A stretch of DNA of 64,000 nt from Balanoglossus misakiensis (taxonomy: Eukaryota; Animalia; Hemichordata): positions 2,028,831 to 2,092,830 of the forward strand of contig CM082578.2 of assembly GCA_040954595.2 (NCBI GenBank), read 5' to 3'. Position numbers and translations under genes: made by a program. Positions 13,447 to 27,100 of this stretch are shown here, piece after piece; positions within the stretch are counted from its first letter, which is position 1, and every line of letters starts with the position of its first letter. The notes under the pieces are model-generated. The model searched no databases. It was given only the letters and a program-made list of their open reading frames with translations, and was not told the DNA's origin.

Positions 13447-16036
13447 GGTACTAGGTGTCGGAAATGGGTAAGCACACCCTTCCAGCATGCTACACCCGTT
13501 AAGACTGACCCAAAGAGACAGATTTAAGTTGAATTTGACTTAACTAACAAATTACTGTGGCAAGTCAAATCCATATTTTGACTTTATCTCCGACTGAGCG
13601 CAGCGAGTCTGAGAGACACTCCACGTCTTCCTCTTCACAAGCAGCCCACTGTTTACATAAGTTTCAGTAGCATCCATAATGGTTCTAAAGTTGGTTGCTC
13701 GAGACAATATTTCGGGCAAAACTGGACAGCTGCCGAAGTTTGGTATTTGGAATGATTGTCAGGTCACCTGTTATTATATGAACGTGAGGTTCACAAGTGT
13801 AAATCCAATATTTAACATTACTTAAAGGGACAAATTACTCAAATTCTCTTTTGAGCTTATTTGATCAATTGTGTTTGATATGAAATGTGCCTATTATGCT
13901 GTTTGACTTCTTTAAACATGCTTAAATACTGGCCAATAAATAACTCCACTATGTTTGAAATTAAACCAGATAGTACAATAATACATTCCAAATGTCATAT
14001 GTGATAACATCATGCTTTGGACTTTTTTACTTTATATATTACATAACATGTTACGGAGGGGGAGAGAGGTGAGAGAAGGAATGTGAGAAAGGAGAGAAGA
14101 AAAGCAAGAGGGCGGAAATGAGAATGTCAGGATGGAAAGGGGATGAGGGGAGGACTTTGACAGAAGGGGAGGGGAGAGACCGAATAAGTGAAGGTGAGAG
14201 AGGAAGTGGTTAGACAGGAAGAAAGGGAAATTAAAGCTCAATCACCACCACCACCACCACAATCATCATCATCACCATCATTGCCATCATCATTCTGGAG
14301 GCATCGTGGCCTGTATTGGCCCATGGGCATCATGGGCCAAAAAAACTGATTCAGTGTAAATGTGCATAAACCACACTTTTGTACGAACTCCTGTAACCGG
14401 TGACGCAAGTCGTGAGTGAATTTGTGGGCGTGTCGCGACCTTTTCTGTGAACGTGATGCAGAGTGATATATTGATGACCCCCAGCCACCCCCACACCCTT
14501 TGGTAACACACTTCTTAAACTTTCTTTACATAGAATGGACTTCTCAAACCTTCCTTACCAAAGTTCTGATTAAAGACATCTATCTTCTAGGGTACTACCA
14601 ACAGCGTTTCACGTGACTGTAGACAAGCAGCAAGTACCTGTTCACAGACAAGGGCGTGCGCGCGTCCACAATAATTAACGAATGTTTTTACCGCCGTGTG
14701 TTTTATGCACATAAACACTGAATCAGCTTTAATATTGTCCCATGATGCCCCGTGAGTTGTCAGGGTACCAAACTGACAATGCTCGAGAAAAAATGAAGTG
14801 TTGACATGCATGTTGATAAGGGGTATCACGTGCACAATGCATGTTGCAGACGCTGGTTTCTCTTAGCAATAGAGTAGAGGCGTAAGGATGGGTTGATCTT
14901 GTGATTAAGAATTTTGGCAAAGAAACAGAAATTGTGCCATTTAGTTTTGTATTAAACCCTATTCGCGTATTTTATGTTAAAGCACGAAATACTGCAATAA
15001 TGAGATACGGTAGTATTTAACACATATCATATATGATATAATATAGCTTTATCAATACCAGTGAATTTTGTGACGTCATTTCTGTACATTTTTTTTTCTT
15101 TTATTTAAAACGCACAATGTTACATCAACAAATCAAAAGAAGAAACGAACTGAAAAGTCACATCATAGCTTCAAAATTTATTACACTTTCTGGATGGTTG
15201 CATGATTCCTAAGGCTTGTATACCTTCAACCTCAATGTCACGCGGGAGGATTGGTGTTAATGTAACGGGGAATTAAACTGTATAGATGGGGATAACTCGC
15301 TTGGCTAATACTGAGAGGTACCTATATGGAATCGTGCTGACGTCCAGATACATCGACACGAACACTGGGTATTTATGGTAGCAACTGAAAATATAAGAAT
15401 TTAATGAAATAAACCTACTCGACCACTTGCGTTCTGAGGACAAGAAGGACACAAATAGTCCGCCATCCAAAAGACCGTTCCAGCATTTTATTTTTACCCG
15501 TCAAAAGACGCGGAGATATATTTTTAGATGAAAGATCCATGCATACTCAGATTGCATAGTACTTGTCTTCCTTGTGTTCCTTAAAATAATGAATGTATTG
15601 TATTTTCTTTTCTTTTCATCAGGAATGTGATAACTTTCTTAACACTTCAAAAGTTTCTTTACTCTTCAATCACTTCTGTCTCAACTGTAAAGTTTAACTT
15701 TTACTTCCAAATCTCAGGTCACAAACTTTATAGACTGCTAAACAATTTTCTTCCTAGTGTTGTATGCGCCACTTGTGAATTTTTGCGAGTGAGATTCACG
15801 GGCGTTTGAGCACAATTTATACAAAAGATGTTTATCGCCATTAGAAAAACGTTCGCGTAGAATCAATGACGTCATGGTAAATTTTAGCTGCATGCTCCAA
15901 TAGGGATGATAGGGAGACTACTTGTTGTAGAGCACCTGAAAATGTACGTATTTCGTCACTTCCTTTTCGCGAAATTTAATTCTTAACGGCATCTTAGTTT
16001 TAAGATTTGTGATTTCTTTTTTCTTCAGTTGTACAT

Positions 16037-16305
16037 TTGCATCACAGGATACTTCTTTGTAGACTATCGAACCTTGGCATCTCAGACACAGTACAAGCAT
16101 GGTTTACATCTTACCTTCAATATAGATATCAAACTGTAATCATCGAAAACACTGCAAGTTCACAGTCACCTCTCGTATACGGGGTGCCACTGGCCCTCTC
16201 TTGTTCACCATTTATATAGCCCCACTTTATAGTAAACTGATTCGTCCCCACATCGTACAATTTCATCAGTACGCCGATGATAACCAGCGATACCTCGCCT
16301 TTTCC
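16037..16305 (+). pseudogene. L2/CR1-group RT fragment including the catalytic motif (FHQYADDNQRYLAF)
   Basis: tttcatcagtacgccgatgataaccag at 16261 encodes FHQYADDNQ; frameshifted relative to the upstream part. Confidence 0.82.
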
Positions 16306-16372
16306 CATCAAGATTCAACCTCTGACGTTCCTGTCTTCTAAGGATTGTTGAACTTTAATTCATGCAGTTTGT

Positions 16373-16874
16373 TGTTACGGCCGGTCGTCCTCCGGACGTT
16401 TACCTCATCGGCTTCTGTGGGGAATCAGCCACGTCCGAAGGCTGACGGCGTACATTCTCTCCATCTCCTTCTCCACCCAACATATTCATAAAGTCCGAGA
16501 GAGGTACCCGGCAGATCGTAAACCTTTCGTAGACAGAGACTTGCAACAAATTTTCCGAGTAACACAAAGTTCTGGTTTATTACTGGTCACACGTAAGAAT
16601 TGCACGACTCGATCCATGCTCGTTGACTCCTATCACGGATCTCCGGTGATAAACGTGTGATCTCAAATTTCACCACACCTTATTAATACGTCAGTCAAGT
16701 ATTAAGTCATAAAAGGAACACGTCATCTTAATATATCTTAAACATGAACTTAGCGCGTGATATCTCTATCTCGTTCTGACATGTATCAATTACACAATCT
16801 TGTTTACTCTTGGTAAAGTACCTATGTCAACACTGGACTAAAACCATACAAGTGAATGACTTCTTACGTAATCA
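16373..16874 (-). mobile_element. Possible solo LTR
   Basis: ~500 bp bounded by tgttacg...cgtaatca (near-inverted TG..CA ends); minus-strand AATAAA at ~16576-16581; absent from copy 1; no TSD recognised. Confidence 0.4.
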
Positions 16875-17360
16875 TAGAAAAGATCTATGAGCGTTAAACT
16901 CAGTCGTGACACTTTCCCACATTTCCAATAATCGAACTTCCACGTTCGATCAAAGAAAGAATGAAAACGAAAACCAAGTCTGCGCTATCGGTTTTAAATA
17001 CACTACGCCAAAATCAAACTCAATAATCACTTTTAAAATATCACAGCCTGTTCAAAGAAATTAAAGAAAATCGCATAAAACGTTTTCAATGTCAAAATTC
17101 AAAGCGACTTCACTGTTCTGACTTCTCGTCAAAGAGTGTCTCTTTTCCAGTGAAAAATTCAACAGTCAATAACCGCGTAAAAAATCAAGTCTGATAGTTC
17201 TTTCGTACAAACAGTCTCTTCACTGCTGTACTAACGGAGCAGGCACATTCCAAAGATGCTCTCGAACACAATAACGGTTCCGGATAATACCGCCAAGTAC
17301 GGAGCATTTCAGAGTGGATCATAATGCAATACAAGCTCGTAATAAACAGTAAAAATGAAT

Positions 17361-17767
17361 TTAATCAATGTTAAAAGATCTTAATTTAATACCACTATCT
17401 GATCGCAGGAGAGAACAGCGGCTTCATCTTATGTACAAAATCGTAAATAACCAAATCGCAACTCCAGCCGAAAGTCATATTAAATTCAACCCACGTACAT
17501 CCAGTAATTCACACTCAAGACCCCTGTTCATACCAATGTGCAAAACAGATACTTACAAAGTTAACACTCCTTCATTCCGCGAACCATTATTGACTGGAAC
17601 CACTTACCTGATAACATTGTAACTAGCACAAACCTAGAGCATTTTAAAGCTGGTCTTTCAGGAATAACTAGTCATCACGACTAAATTCACCTTGCGCACC
17701 TGCAGGATTACTGCTCAATTTCTGAGTTACTCTGCAGTATTATACAGATACAGATATAGATACAGAT
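17361..17767 (+). mobile_element. 5'-truncated LINE 3' end with (TACAGA)n tail, inserted only in copy 2
   Basis: MLKDLNLIPLSDRRREQRLHLMYKIVN...SFIPRTIIDWNHLP is a CR1/L2-type ORF2 C-terminus; empty site gaat/acactt is present in copy 1 (~7845-7855). Confidence 0.88.
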
Positions 17768-18129
17768 ACACTTAATCATACTGTCAGGTTCAAAAATAAC
17801 CACGACACGAATTCTTATGTGAAAGGATGCGTAAGACTACAATAAAATCACGCTCAACTTCAACTACACTCTGGGACTTCTCTCTTGTCCCTCGTATGAA
17901 CTCACATGCCAACTCAAAGGGCCATTTTCATACGCCAGACCGTCTCCCTTGCGGTCATTAAAACATCACGACTTCATCACCAGACCGTCTCTCTTGCGGT
18001 CATCACAAAAACTTCAACAACTCCTCGAAAACCTATTAAACTTCACTACACTGCACGGCATCACTTCAACAAAAGAATACACATTTACAATGTCGAAAAC
18101 AATGCAAAAACTTGGTGGAAAACAATATC

Positions 18130-21100
18130 TAGCTAGTGGCCAGTGTCGTGCCCATCAATTTTGAGTGTTTGGTGGGGTCGACCTTTGCGTCAACATTGAT
18201 TAGCCAGGCCAGAGCTAATGGCCAGTGTCGTGCCCATCAATTTTGAGTGTTTGGTGGGGTCAACCCTTGCGTCAACATTGATTAGCCAGGCCAGAGCTAG
18301 TGGCCAGTGTCGTGCCCATCAATTTTGAGTGTTTGGTGGGGTCAACCTTTGCGTCAACATTGATTAACCAGGCCATGCAGAGCTAGTGGCCAGTGTCGTG
18401 CCCATTAATTTTGAGTGTTTGGTGGGGTCAACCTTTGCGTCAACATTGATTAGCCAGGCCAGAGCTAGTGGCCAGTGTCGTGCCCATCAATTTTGAGTGT
18501 TTGGTGGGATCAACCTTTGCGTCAACATTGATTAACCAGGCCATGCAGAGCTAGTGGCCAGTGTCGTGCCCATTAATTTTGAGTGTTTGGTGGGGTCAAC
18601 CTTTGCGTCAACATTGATTAACCAGGCCATGCAGAGCTAGTGGCCAGTGTCGTGCCCATTAATTTTGAGTGTTTGGTGGGGTCAACCTTTGCGTCAACAT
18701 TGATTAGCCAGGCCAGAGCTAGTGGCCAGTGTCGTGCCCATCAATTTTGAGTGTTTGGTGGGGTCAACCTTTGCGTCAACATTGATTAGCCAGGCCAGAG
18801 CAAGTGGCCAGTGTCGTGCCCATCAATTTTGAGTGTTTGGTGGGGTCAACCTTTGCGTAAACATTGATTAGCCAGGCCAGAGCTAGTGGCCAGTGTCGTG
18901 CCCATCAATTTTGAGTGTTTGGTGGGGTCAACCTTTGCGTCAACATTGATTAGCCAGGCCAGAGCTAATGGCCAGTGTCGTGCCCATCAATTTTGAGTGT
19001 TTGGTGGGGTCAACCCTTGCGTCAACACTGATTAACCAGGCCATGCAGAGCTATTGGCCAGTGTCGTGCCCATTAATTTTGAGTGTTTGGTGGGGTCAAC
19101 CTTTGTGTCAACATTGATTAGCCAGGCCAGAGCTAGTGGCCAGTGTCGTGCCCATCAATTTTGAGTGTTTGGTTGGGTCAACCCTTGCGTCAACATTGAT
19201 TAGCCAGGCCAGAGCTAGTGGCCAGTGTCGTGCCCATCAATTTTGAGTGTTTGGTGGGGTCAACCTTTGCGTCAACATTGATTAACCAGGCCATGCAGAG
19301 CTAGTGGCCAGTGTCGTGCCCATCAATTTTGAGTGTTTGGTGGGGTCAACCTTTGCGTCAACATTGATTAACCAGGCCATGCAGAGCTAGTGGCCAGTGT
19401 CGTGCCCATTAATTTTGAGTGTTTGGTGGGGTCGACCTTTGCGTCAACATTGATTAACCAGGCCATGCAGAGCTAGTGGCCAGTGTCGTGCCCATTAATT
19501 TTGAGTGTTTGGTGGGGTCGACCTTTGCTTCAACATTGATTAGCCAGGCCAGAGCTAGTGGCCAGTGTCGAGCCCATCAATTTTGAGTGTTTGGTGGGGT
19601 CCACCCTTGCGTCAACATTGATTAGCCGGGCCAGAGCTAGTGGCCAGTGTCGTGCCCATCAATTTTGAGTGTTTGGTGGGGTCCACCCTTGCGTCAACAT
19701 TGATTAGCCAGGCCTGAGCTAGTGGCCAGCGTCGTGCCCATCAATTTTGAGTGTTTGGTGGGGTCAACCCTTGCGTCAACATTGATTAGCCAGGCCAGAG
19801 CTAGTGGCCAGTGTCGTGTCCATCAATTTTGAGTGTTTGGTGGGGTCAACCCTTGCGTCAACATTGATTAGCCAGGCCAGAGCTAGTGGCCAGTGTCGTG
19901 CCCATCAATTTTGAGTGTTTGGTGGGGTCAACCCTTGCGTCAACATTGATTAACCAGGCCATGCAGAGCTAGTGGCCAGTGTCGTGCCCATTAATTTTGA
20001 GTGTTTGGTGGGGTCGACCTTTGCGTCAACATTGATTAGCCAGGCCAGAGCTAGTGGCCAGTGTCGTGCCCATAAATTTTGAGTGTTTGGTGGGGTCAAC
20101 CCTTGCGTCAACATTGATTAGCCAGGCCATGCAGAGCTAGTGGCCAGTGTCGTGCCCATCAATTGTGAGTGTTTGGTGGGGTCAACCCTTGCGTCAACAT
20201 TGATTAGCCAGGCCAGAGCTAGTGGCCAGTGTCGTGCCCATCAATTTTGAGTGTTTGGTGGGGTCAATCCTTGCGTCAACATTGATTAGCCAGGCCAGAG
20301 CTAGTGGCCAGTGTCGTGCCTATCAATTTTGAGTGTTTGGTGGGGTCAACCTTTGCGTCAACATTGATTAACAAGGCCATGCAGAGCTACCGGTAGTGGC
20401 CAGTGTCGTGCCCATTAATTTTGAGTGTTTGGTGGGGTCAACCTTTGCGTCAACATTGATTAACCAGGCCAGAGCTAGTGGCCAGTGTCGTGCCCATTAA
20501 TTTTGAGTGTTTGGTGGGGTCAACCTTTGCGTCAACATTGATTAACCAGGCCATGCAGAGCTAGTGGCCAGTGTCGTGCCCATTAATTTTGAGTGTTTGG
20601 TGGGGTCAACCTTTGCGTCAACATTGATTAACCAGGCCATGCAGAGCTAGTGGCCAGTGTCGTGCCCATTAATTTTGAGTGTTTGGTGGGGTCAACCTTT
20701 GCGTCAACATTGATTAGCCAGGCCAGAGCTAGTGGCCAGTGTCGTGCCCATCAATTTTGAGTGTTTGGTGGGGTCAACCCTTGCGTCAACATTGATTAAC
20801 CAGGCCATGCAGAGCTAGTGGCCAGTGTCGTGCCCATTAATTTTGAGTGTTTGGTGGGGTCGACCTTTGCGTCAACATTGATTAGCCAGGCCAGAGCTAG
20901 TGGCCAGTGTCGTGCCCATCAATTTTGAGTGTTTGGTGGGGTCTACCCTTGCGTCAACATAGATTAGCCAGGCCAGAGCTAGTGGCCAGTGTCGTGCCCA
21001 TCAATTGTGAGTGTTTGGTGGGGTCAACCCTTGCGTCAACATTGATTAGCCAGGCCAGAGCTAGTGGCCACTGTCGTGCCCATCAATTTTGAGTGTTTGG

Positions 21101-24100
21101 TGGGATCAACCCTTGCGTCAACATTGATTAGCCAGGCCAGAGCTAGTGGCCAGTGTCGTGCCCATCAATTTTGAGTGTTTGGTGGGGTCAACCTTTGCGT
21201 CAACATTGATTAACCAGGCCATGCAGAGCTACCGGTAGTGGCCAGTGTCGTGCCCATTAATTTTGAGTGTTTGGTGGGGTCAACCGTTGCGTCAACATTG
21301 ATTAACCAGGCCAGAGCTAGTGGCCAGTGTCGTGCCCATTAATTTTGAGTGTTTGGTGGGGTCAACCTTTGCGTCAACATTGATTAACCAGGCCATGCAG
21401 AGCTAGTGGCCAGTGTCGTGCCCATTAATTTTGAGTGTTTGGTGGGGTCAACCTTTGCGTCAACATTGATTAACCAGGCCATGCAGAGCTAGTGGCCAGT
21501 GTCGTGCCCATTAAATTTGAGTGTTTGGTGGGGTCAACCTTTGCGTCAACATTGATTAACCAGGCCATGTAGAGCTAGTGGCCAGTGTCGTGCCCATTAA
21601 TTTTGAGTGTTTGGTGGGGTCAACCTTTGCGTCAACATTGATTAACCAGGCCATGCAGAGCTAGTGGCCAGTGTCGTGCCCATCAATTTTGAGTGTTTGG
21701 TGGGGTCAACCCTTGCGTCAACATTGATTAACCAGGCCATGCAGAGCTAGTGGCCAGTGTCGTGCACATTAATTTTGAGTGTTTGGTGGGGTCAACCTTT
21801 GCGTCAACATTGATTAGCCAGGCCAGAGCTAGTGGCCAGTGCCGTGCCCATCAATTTTGAGTGTTTGGTGGGGTCAACCCTTGCGTCAACATTGATTAGC
21901 CAGGCCAGAGTTAGTGGCCAGTGTCGTGCCCATCAATTTTGAGTGTTTGGTGGGGTCAACCCTTGCGTCAACATTGATTAGCCAGGCCAGAGCTAGTGGC
22001 CAGTGTCGTGCCCATCAATTTTGAGTGTTTGGTGGGGTCAACCCTTGCGTCAACATTGATTAGCCAGTCCAGAGCTAGTGGCCAGTGTCGTGCCCATCAA
22101 TTTTGAGTGTTTGGTGGGGTCAACCTTTGCGTCAACATTGATTAACCAGGCCATGCAGAGCTACCGGTAGTGGCCAGTGTCGTGCCCATTAATTTTGAGT
22201 GTTTGGTGGGGTCAACCGTTGCGTCAACATTGATTAACCAGGCCAGAGCTAGTGGCCAGTGTCGTGCCCATTAATTTTGAGTGTTTGGTGGGGTCAACCT
22301 TTGCGTCAACATTGATTAACCAGGCCATGCAGAGCTAGTGGCCAGTGTCGTGCCCATTAATTTTGAGTGTTTGGTGGGGTCAACCTTTGCGTCAACATTG
22401 ATTAACCAGGCCATGCAGAGCTAGTGGCCAGTGTCGTGCCCATTAATTTTGAGTGTTTGGTGGGGTCAACCTTTGCGTCAACATTGATTAACCAGGCCAT
22501 GCAGAGCTAGTGGCCAGTGTCGTGCCCATTAATTTTGAGTGTTTGGTGGGGTCAACCTTTGCGTCAACATTGATTAACCAGGCCATGCAGAGCTAGTGGC
22601 CAGTGTCGTGCCCATCAATTTTGAGTGTTTGGTGGGGTCAACCCTTGCGTCAACATTGATTAACCAGGCCATGCAGAGCTAGTGGCCAGTGTCGTGCCCA
22701 TTAATTTTGAGTGTTTGGTGGGGTCAACCTTTGCGTCAACATTGATTAGCCAGGCCAGAGCTAGTGGCCAGTGCCGTGCCCATCAATTTTGAGTGTTTGG
22801 TGGGGTCAACCCTTGCGTCAACATTGATTAGCCAGGCCAGAGTTAGTGGCCAGTGTCGTGCCCATCAATTTTGAGTGTTTGGTGGGGTCAACCCTTGCGT
22901 CAACATTGATTAGCCAGGCCAGAGCTAGTGGCCAGTGTCGTGCCCATCAATTTTGAGTGTTTGGTGGGGTCAACCCTTGCGTCAACATTGATTAGCCAGT
23001 CCAGAGCTAGTGGCCAGTGTCGTGCCCATCAATTTTGAGTGTTTGGTGGGGTCAACCTTTGCGTCAACATTGATTAACCAGGCCATGCAGAGCTACCGGT
23101 AGTGGCCAGTGTCGTGCCCATTAATTTTGAGTGTTTGGTGGGGTCAACCTTTGCGTCAACATTGATTAACCAAGCCAGAGCTAGTGGCCAGTGTCGTGCC
23201 CATTAATTTTGAGTGTTTGGTGGGGTCAACCTTTGCGTCAACATTGATTAACCAGGCCATGCAGAGCTAGTGGCCAGTGTCGTGCCCATTAATTTTGAGT
23301 GTTTGGTGGGGTCAACCTTTGCGTCAACATTGATTAACTAGGCCATGCAGAGCTAGTGGTCAGTGTCGTGCCCATTAATTTTGAGTGTTTGGTGGGGTCA
23401 ACCTTTGCGTCAACATTGATTAACCAGGCCATGCAGAGCTAGTGGCCAGTGTCGTGCCCATTAATTTTGAGTGTTTGGTGGGGTCAACCTTTGCGTCAAC
23501 ATTGATTAGCCAGGCCAGAGCTAGTGGCCAGTGTCGTGCCCATTAATTTTGAGTGTTTGGTGGGGTCAACCCTTGCGTCAACATTGACTAGCCAGGCCAG
23601 AGCTAGTGGCCAGTGTCGTGCCCATCAATTTTGAGTGTTTGGTGGGGTCAACCCTTGCGTCAACATTGATTAGCCAGGCCAGAGCTAGTGGCCAGTGTCG
23701 TGCCCATCAATTTTGAGTGTTTGGTGGGGTCAACCCTTGCATCAGCATTGATTAGCCAGGCCAGAGCTAGTGGCCAGTGTCGTGCCCATCAATTTTGAGT
23801 GTTTGGTGGGGTCAACCTTTGCGTCAGCATTGATTAGCCAGGCCAGAGCTAGTGGCCAGTGTCGTGCCCATCAATTTTGAGTGTTTGGTGGGGTCAACCC
23901 TTGCGTCAGCATTGATTAGCCAGGCCAGAGCTAGTGGCCAGTGTCGTGCCCATCAATTTTGAGTGTTTGGTGGGGTCAACCTTTGCGTCAGCATTGATTA
24001 GCCAGGCCAGAGCTAGTGGCCAGTGTCGTGCCCATCAATTTTGAGTGTTTGGTGGGGTCAACCCTTGCGTCAGCATTGATTAGCCAGGCCTGAGCTAGTG

Positions 24101-27100
24101 GCCAGTGTCGTGCCCATCAATTTTGAGTGTTTGGTGGGGTCAACCTTTGCGTCAACATTGATTAGCCAGGCCAGAGCTAGTGGCCAGTGTCGTGCCCATC
24201 AATTTTGAGTGTTTGGTGGGGTCAACCTTTGCGTCAACCTTGATTAACCAGGCCATGCAGAGCTAGTGGCCAGTGTCGTGCCCATCAATTTTGAGTGTTT
24301 GGTGGGGTCAACCTTTGCGTCAACATTGATTAACCAGGCCATGCAGAGCTAGTGGCCAGTGTCGTGCCCATCAATTTTGAGTGTTTGGTGGGGTCAACCT
24401 TTGCGTCAACATTGATTAACCAGGCCATGCAGAGCTAGTGGCCAGTGTCGTGCCCATCAATTTTGAGTGTTTGGTGGGGTCAACCTTTGCGTCAACATTG
24501 ATTAACCAGGCCATGCAGAGCTAGTGGCCTGTAGTGCCCATCAATTTTGAGTGTTTGCAGGTGTGGTAAACCTTTGCGTCAACATTGATTAACCAGGCCA
24601 TGCAGAGCTAGTGGCCAGTGTAGTGCCCATCAATTTTGAGTGTTTGAAGGTGTGATCAACCTTTGCGTCAACATTGATTAACCAGGCCATGCAGAGCTAG
24701 TGGCCAGTGTAGTGCCCATCAATTTTGAGTGTTTGCAGGTGTGGTCAACCTTTGCGTCAACATTGATTAACAAGGCCATGCAGAGCTAGTGGCCAGTGTA
24801 GTGCCCATCAATTTTGAGTGTTTGCAGGTGTGGTCAACCTTTGCGTCAACATTGATTAACCAGGCCATGCAGAGCTAGTGGCCAGTGTCGTGCCCATCAA
24901 TTTTGAGTGTTTGGTGGGGTCAACCTTTGCGTCAACATTGATTAACCAGGCCATGCAGAGCTAGTGGCCAGTGTCGTGCCCATCAATTTTGAGTGTTTGG
25001 TGGGGTCAACCTTTGCGTCAACATTGATTAACCAGGCCATGCAGAGCTAGTGGCCAGTGTCGTGCCCATCAATTTTGAGTGTTTGGTGGGGTCAACCTTT
25101 GCGTCAACATTGATTAACCAGGCCATGCAGAGCTAGTGGCCAGTGTCGTGCCCATCAATTTTGAGTGTTTGGTGGGGTCAACCTTTGCGTCAACATTGAT
25201 TAACCAGGCCATGCAGAGCTAGTGGCCAGTGTCGTGCCCATCAATTTTGAGTGTTTGGTGGGGTCAACCTTTGCGTCAACATTGATTAACCAGGCCATGC
25301 AGAGCTAGTGGCCAGTGTCGTGCCCATCAATTTTGAGTGTTTGGTGGGGTCAACCTTTGCGTCAACATTGATTAACCAGGCCATGCAGAGCTAGTGGCCA
25401 GTGTCGTGCCCATCAATTTTGAGTGTTTGGTGGGGTCAACCTTTGCGTCAACATTGATTAACCAGGCCATGCAGAGCTTGTGGCCAGTGTCGTGCCCATC
25501 AATTTTGAGTGTTTGGTGGGGTCAACCTTTGCGTCAACATTGATTAACCAGGCCATGCAGAGCTTGTGGCCAGTGTCGTGCCCATCAATTTTGAGTGTTT
25601 GGTGGGGTCAACCTTTGCGTCAACATTGATTAACCAGGCCATGCAGAGCTAGTGGCCAGTGTCGTGCCCATCAATTTTGAGTGTTTGGTGGGGTCAACCT
25701 TTGCGTCAACATTGATTAACCAGGCCATGCAGAGCTAGTGGCCAGTGTCGTGCCCATCAATTTTGAGTGTTTGGTGGGGTCAACCTTTGCGTCAACATTG
25801 ATTAACCAGGCCATGCAGAGCTAGTGGCCAGTGTCGTGCCCATCAATTTTGAGTGTTTGGTGGGGTCAACCTTTGCGTCAACATTGATTAACCAGGCCAT
25901 GCAGAGCTAGTGGCCAGTGTCGTGCCCATCAATTTTGAGTGTTTGGTGGGGTCAACCTTTGCGTCAACATTGATTAACCAGGCCATGCAGAGCTAGTGGC
26001 CAGTGTCGTGCCCATCAATTTTGAGTGTTTGGTGGGGTCAACCTTTTCGTCAACATTGATTAACCAGGCCATGCAGAGCTAGTGGCCAGTGTCGTGCCCA
26101 TTAATTTTGAGTGTTTGGTGGGGTCAACCGTTGCGTCAACATTGATTAACCAGGCCAGAGCTAGTGGCCAGTGCCGTGCCCATCAATTTTGAGTGTTTGG
26201 TGGGGTCAACCCTTGCGTCAACATTGATTAGCCAGGCCAGAGCTAGTGGCCAGTGTCGTGCCCATCAATTTTGAGTGTTTGGTGGGGTCAACCCTTGCGT
26301 CAACATTGATTAGCCAGGCCAGAGCTAGTGGCCAGTGTCGTGCCCATCAATTTTGAGTGTTTGGTGGGGTCAACCCTTGCGTCAACATTGATTAGCCAGT
26401 CCAGAGCTAGTGGCCAGTGTCGTGCCCATCAATTTTGAGTGTTTGGTGGGGTCAACCTTTGCGTCAACATTGATTAACCAGGCCATGCAGAGCTACCGGT
26501 AGTGGCCAGTGTCGTGCCCATTAATTTTGAGTGTTTGGTGGGGTCAACCGTTGCGTCAACATTGATTAACCAGGCCAGAACTAGTGGCCAGTGTCGTGCC
26601 CATTAATTTTGAGTGTTTGGTGGGGTCAACCTTTGCGTCAACATTGATTAACCAGGCCATGCAGAGCTAGTGGCCAGTGTCGTGCCCATTAATTTTGAGT
26701 GTTTGGTGGGGTCAACCTTTGCGTCAACATTGATTAACCAGGCCATGCAGAGCTAGTGGCCAGTGTCGTGCCCATTAATTTTGAGTGTTTGGTGGGGTCA
26801 ACCTTTGCGTCAACATTGATTAACCAGGCCATGCAGAGCTAGTGGCCAGTGTCGTGCCCATTAATTTTGAGTGTTTGGTGGGGTCAACCTTTGCGTCAAC
26901 ATTGATTAACCAGGCCATGCAGAGCTAGCGGCCAGTGTCGTGCCCATCAATTTTGAGTGTTTGGTGGGGTCAACCCTTGCGTCAACATTGATTAACCAGG
27001 CCATGCAGAGCTACCGGTAGTGGCCAGTGTCGTGCCCATTAATTTTGAGTGTTTGGTGGGGTCAACCTTTGCGTCAACATTGATTAGCCAGGCCAGAGCT

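Larger units (their letters stand above)
11863..18129 (+). repeat. Segmental duplication I, copy 2; homology stops abruptly at the satellite array
   Basis: Colinear with 2098-8208; homology ends at aacaatatc (18129), where the first satellite monomer begins. Confidence 0.97.

Noticed and set aside
20907-21092. ORFs inside the satellite (also 34705-34905)
   Set aside because: Chance read-through where point variants remove the stops; monomer lengths of 82 and 86 bp are not multiples of three.
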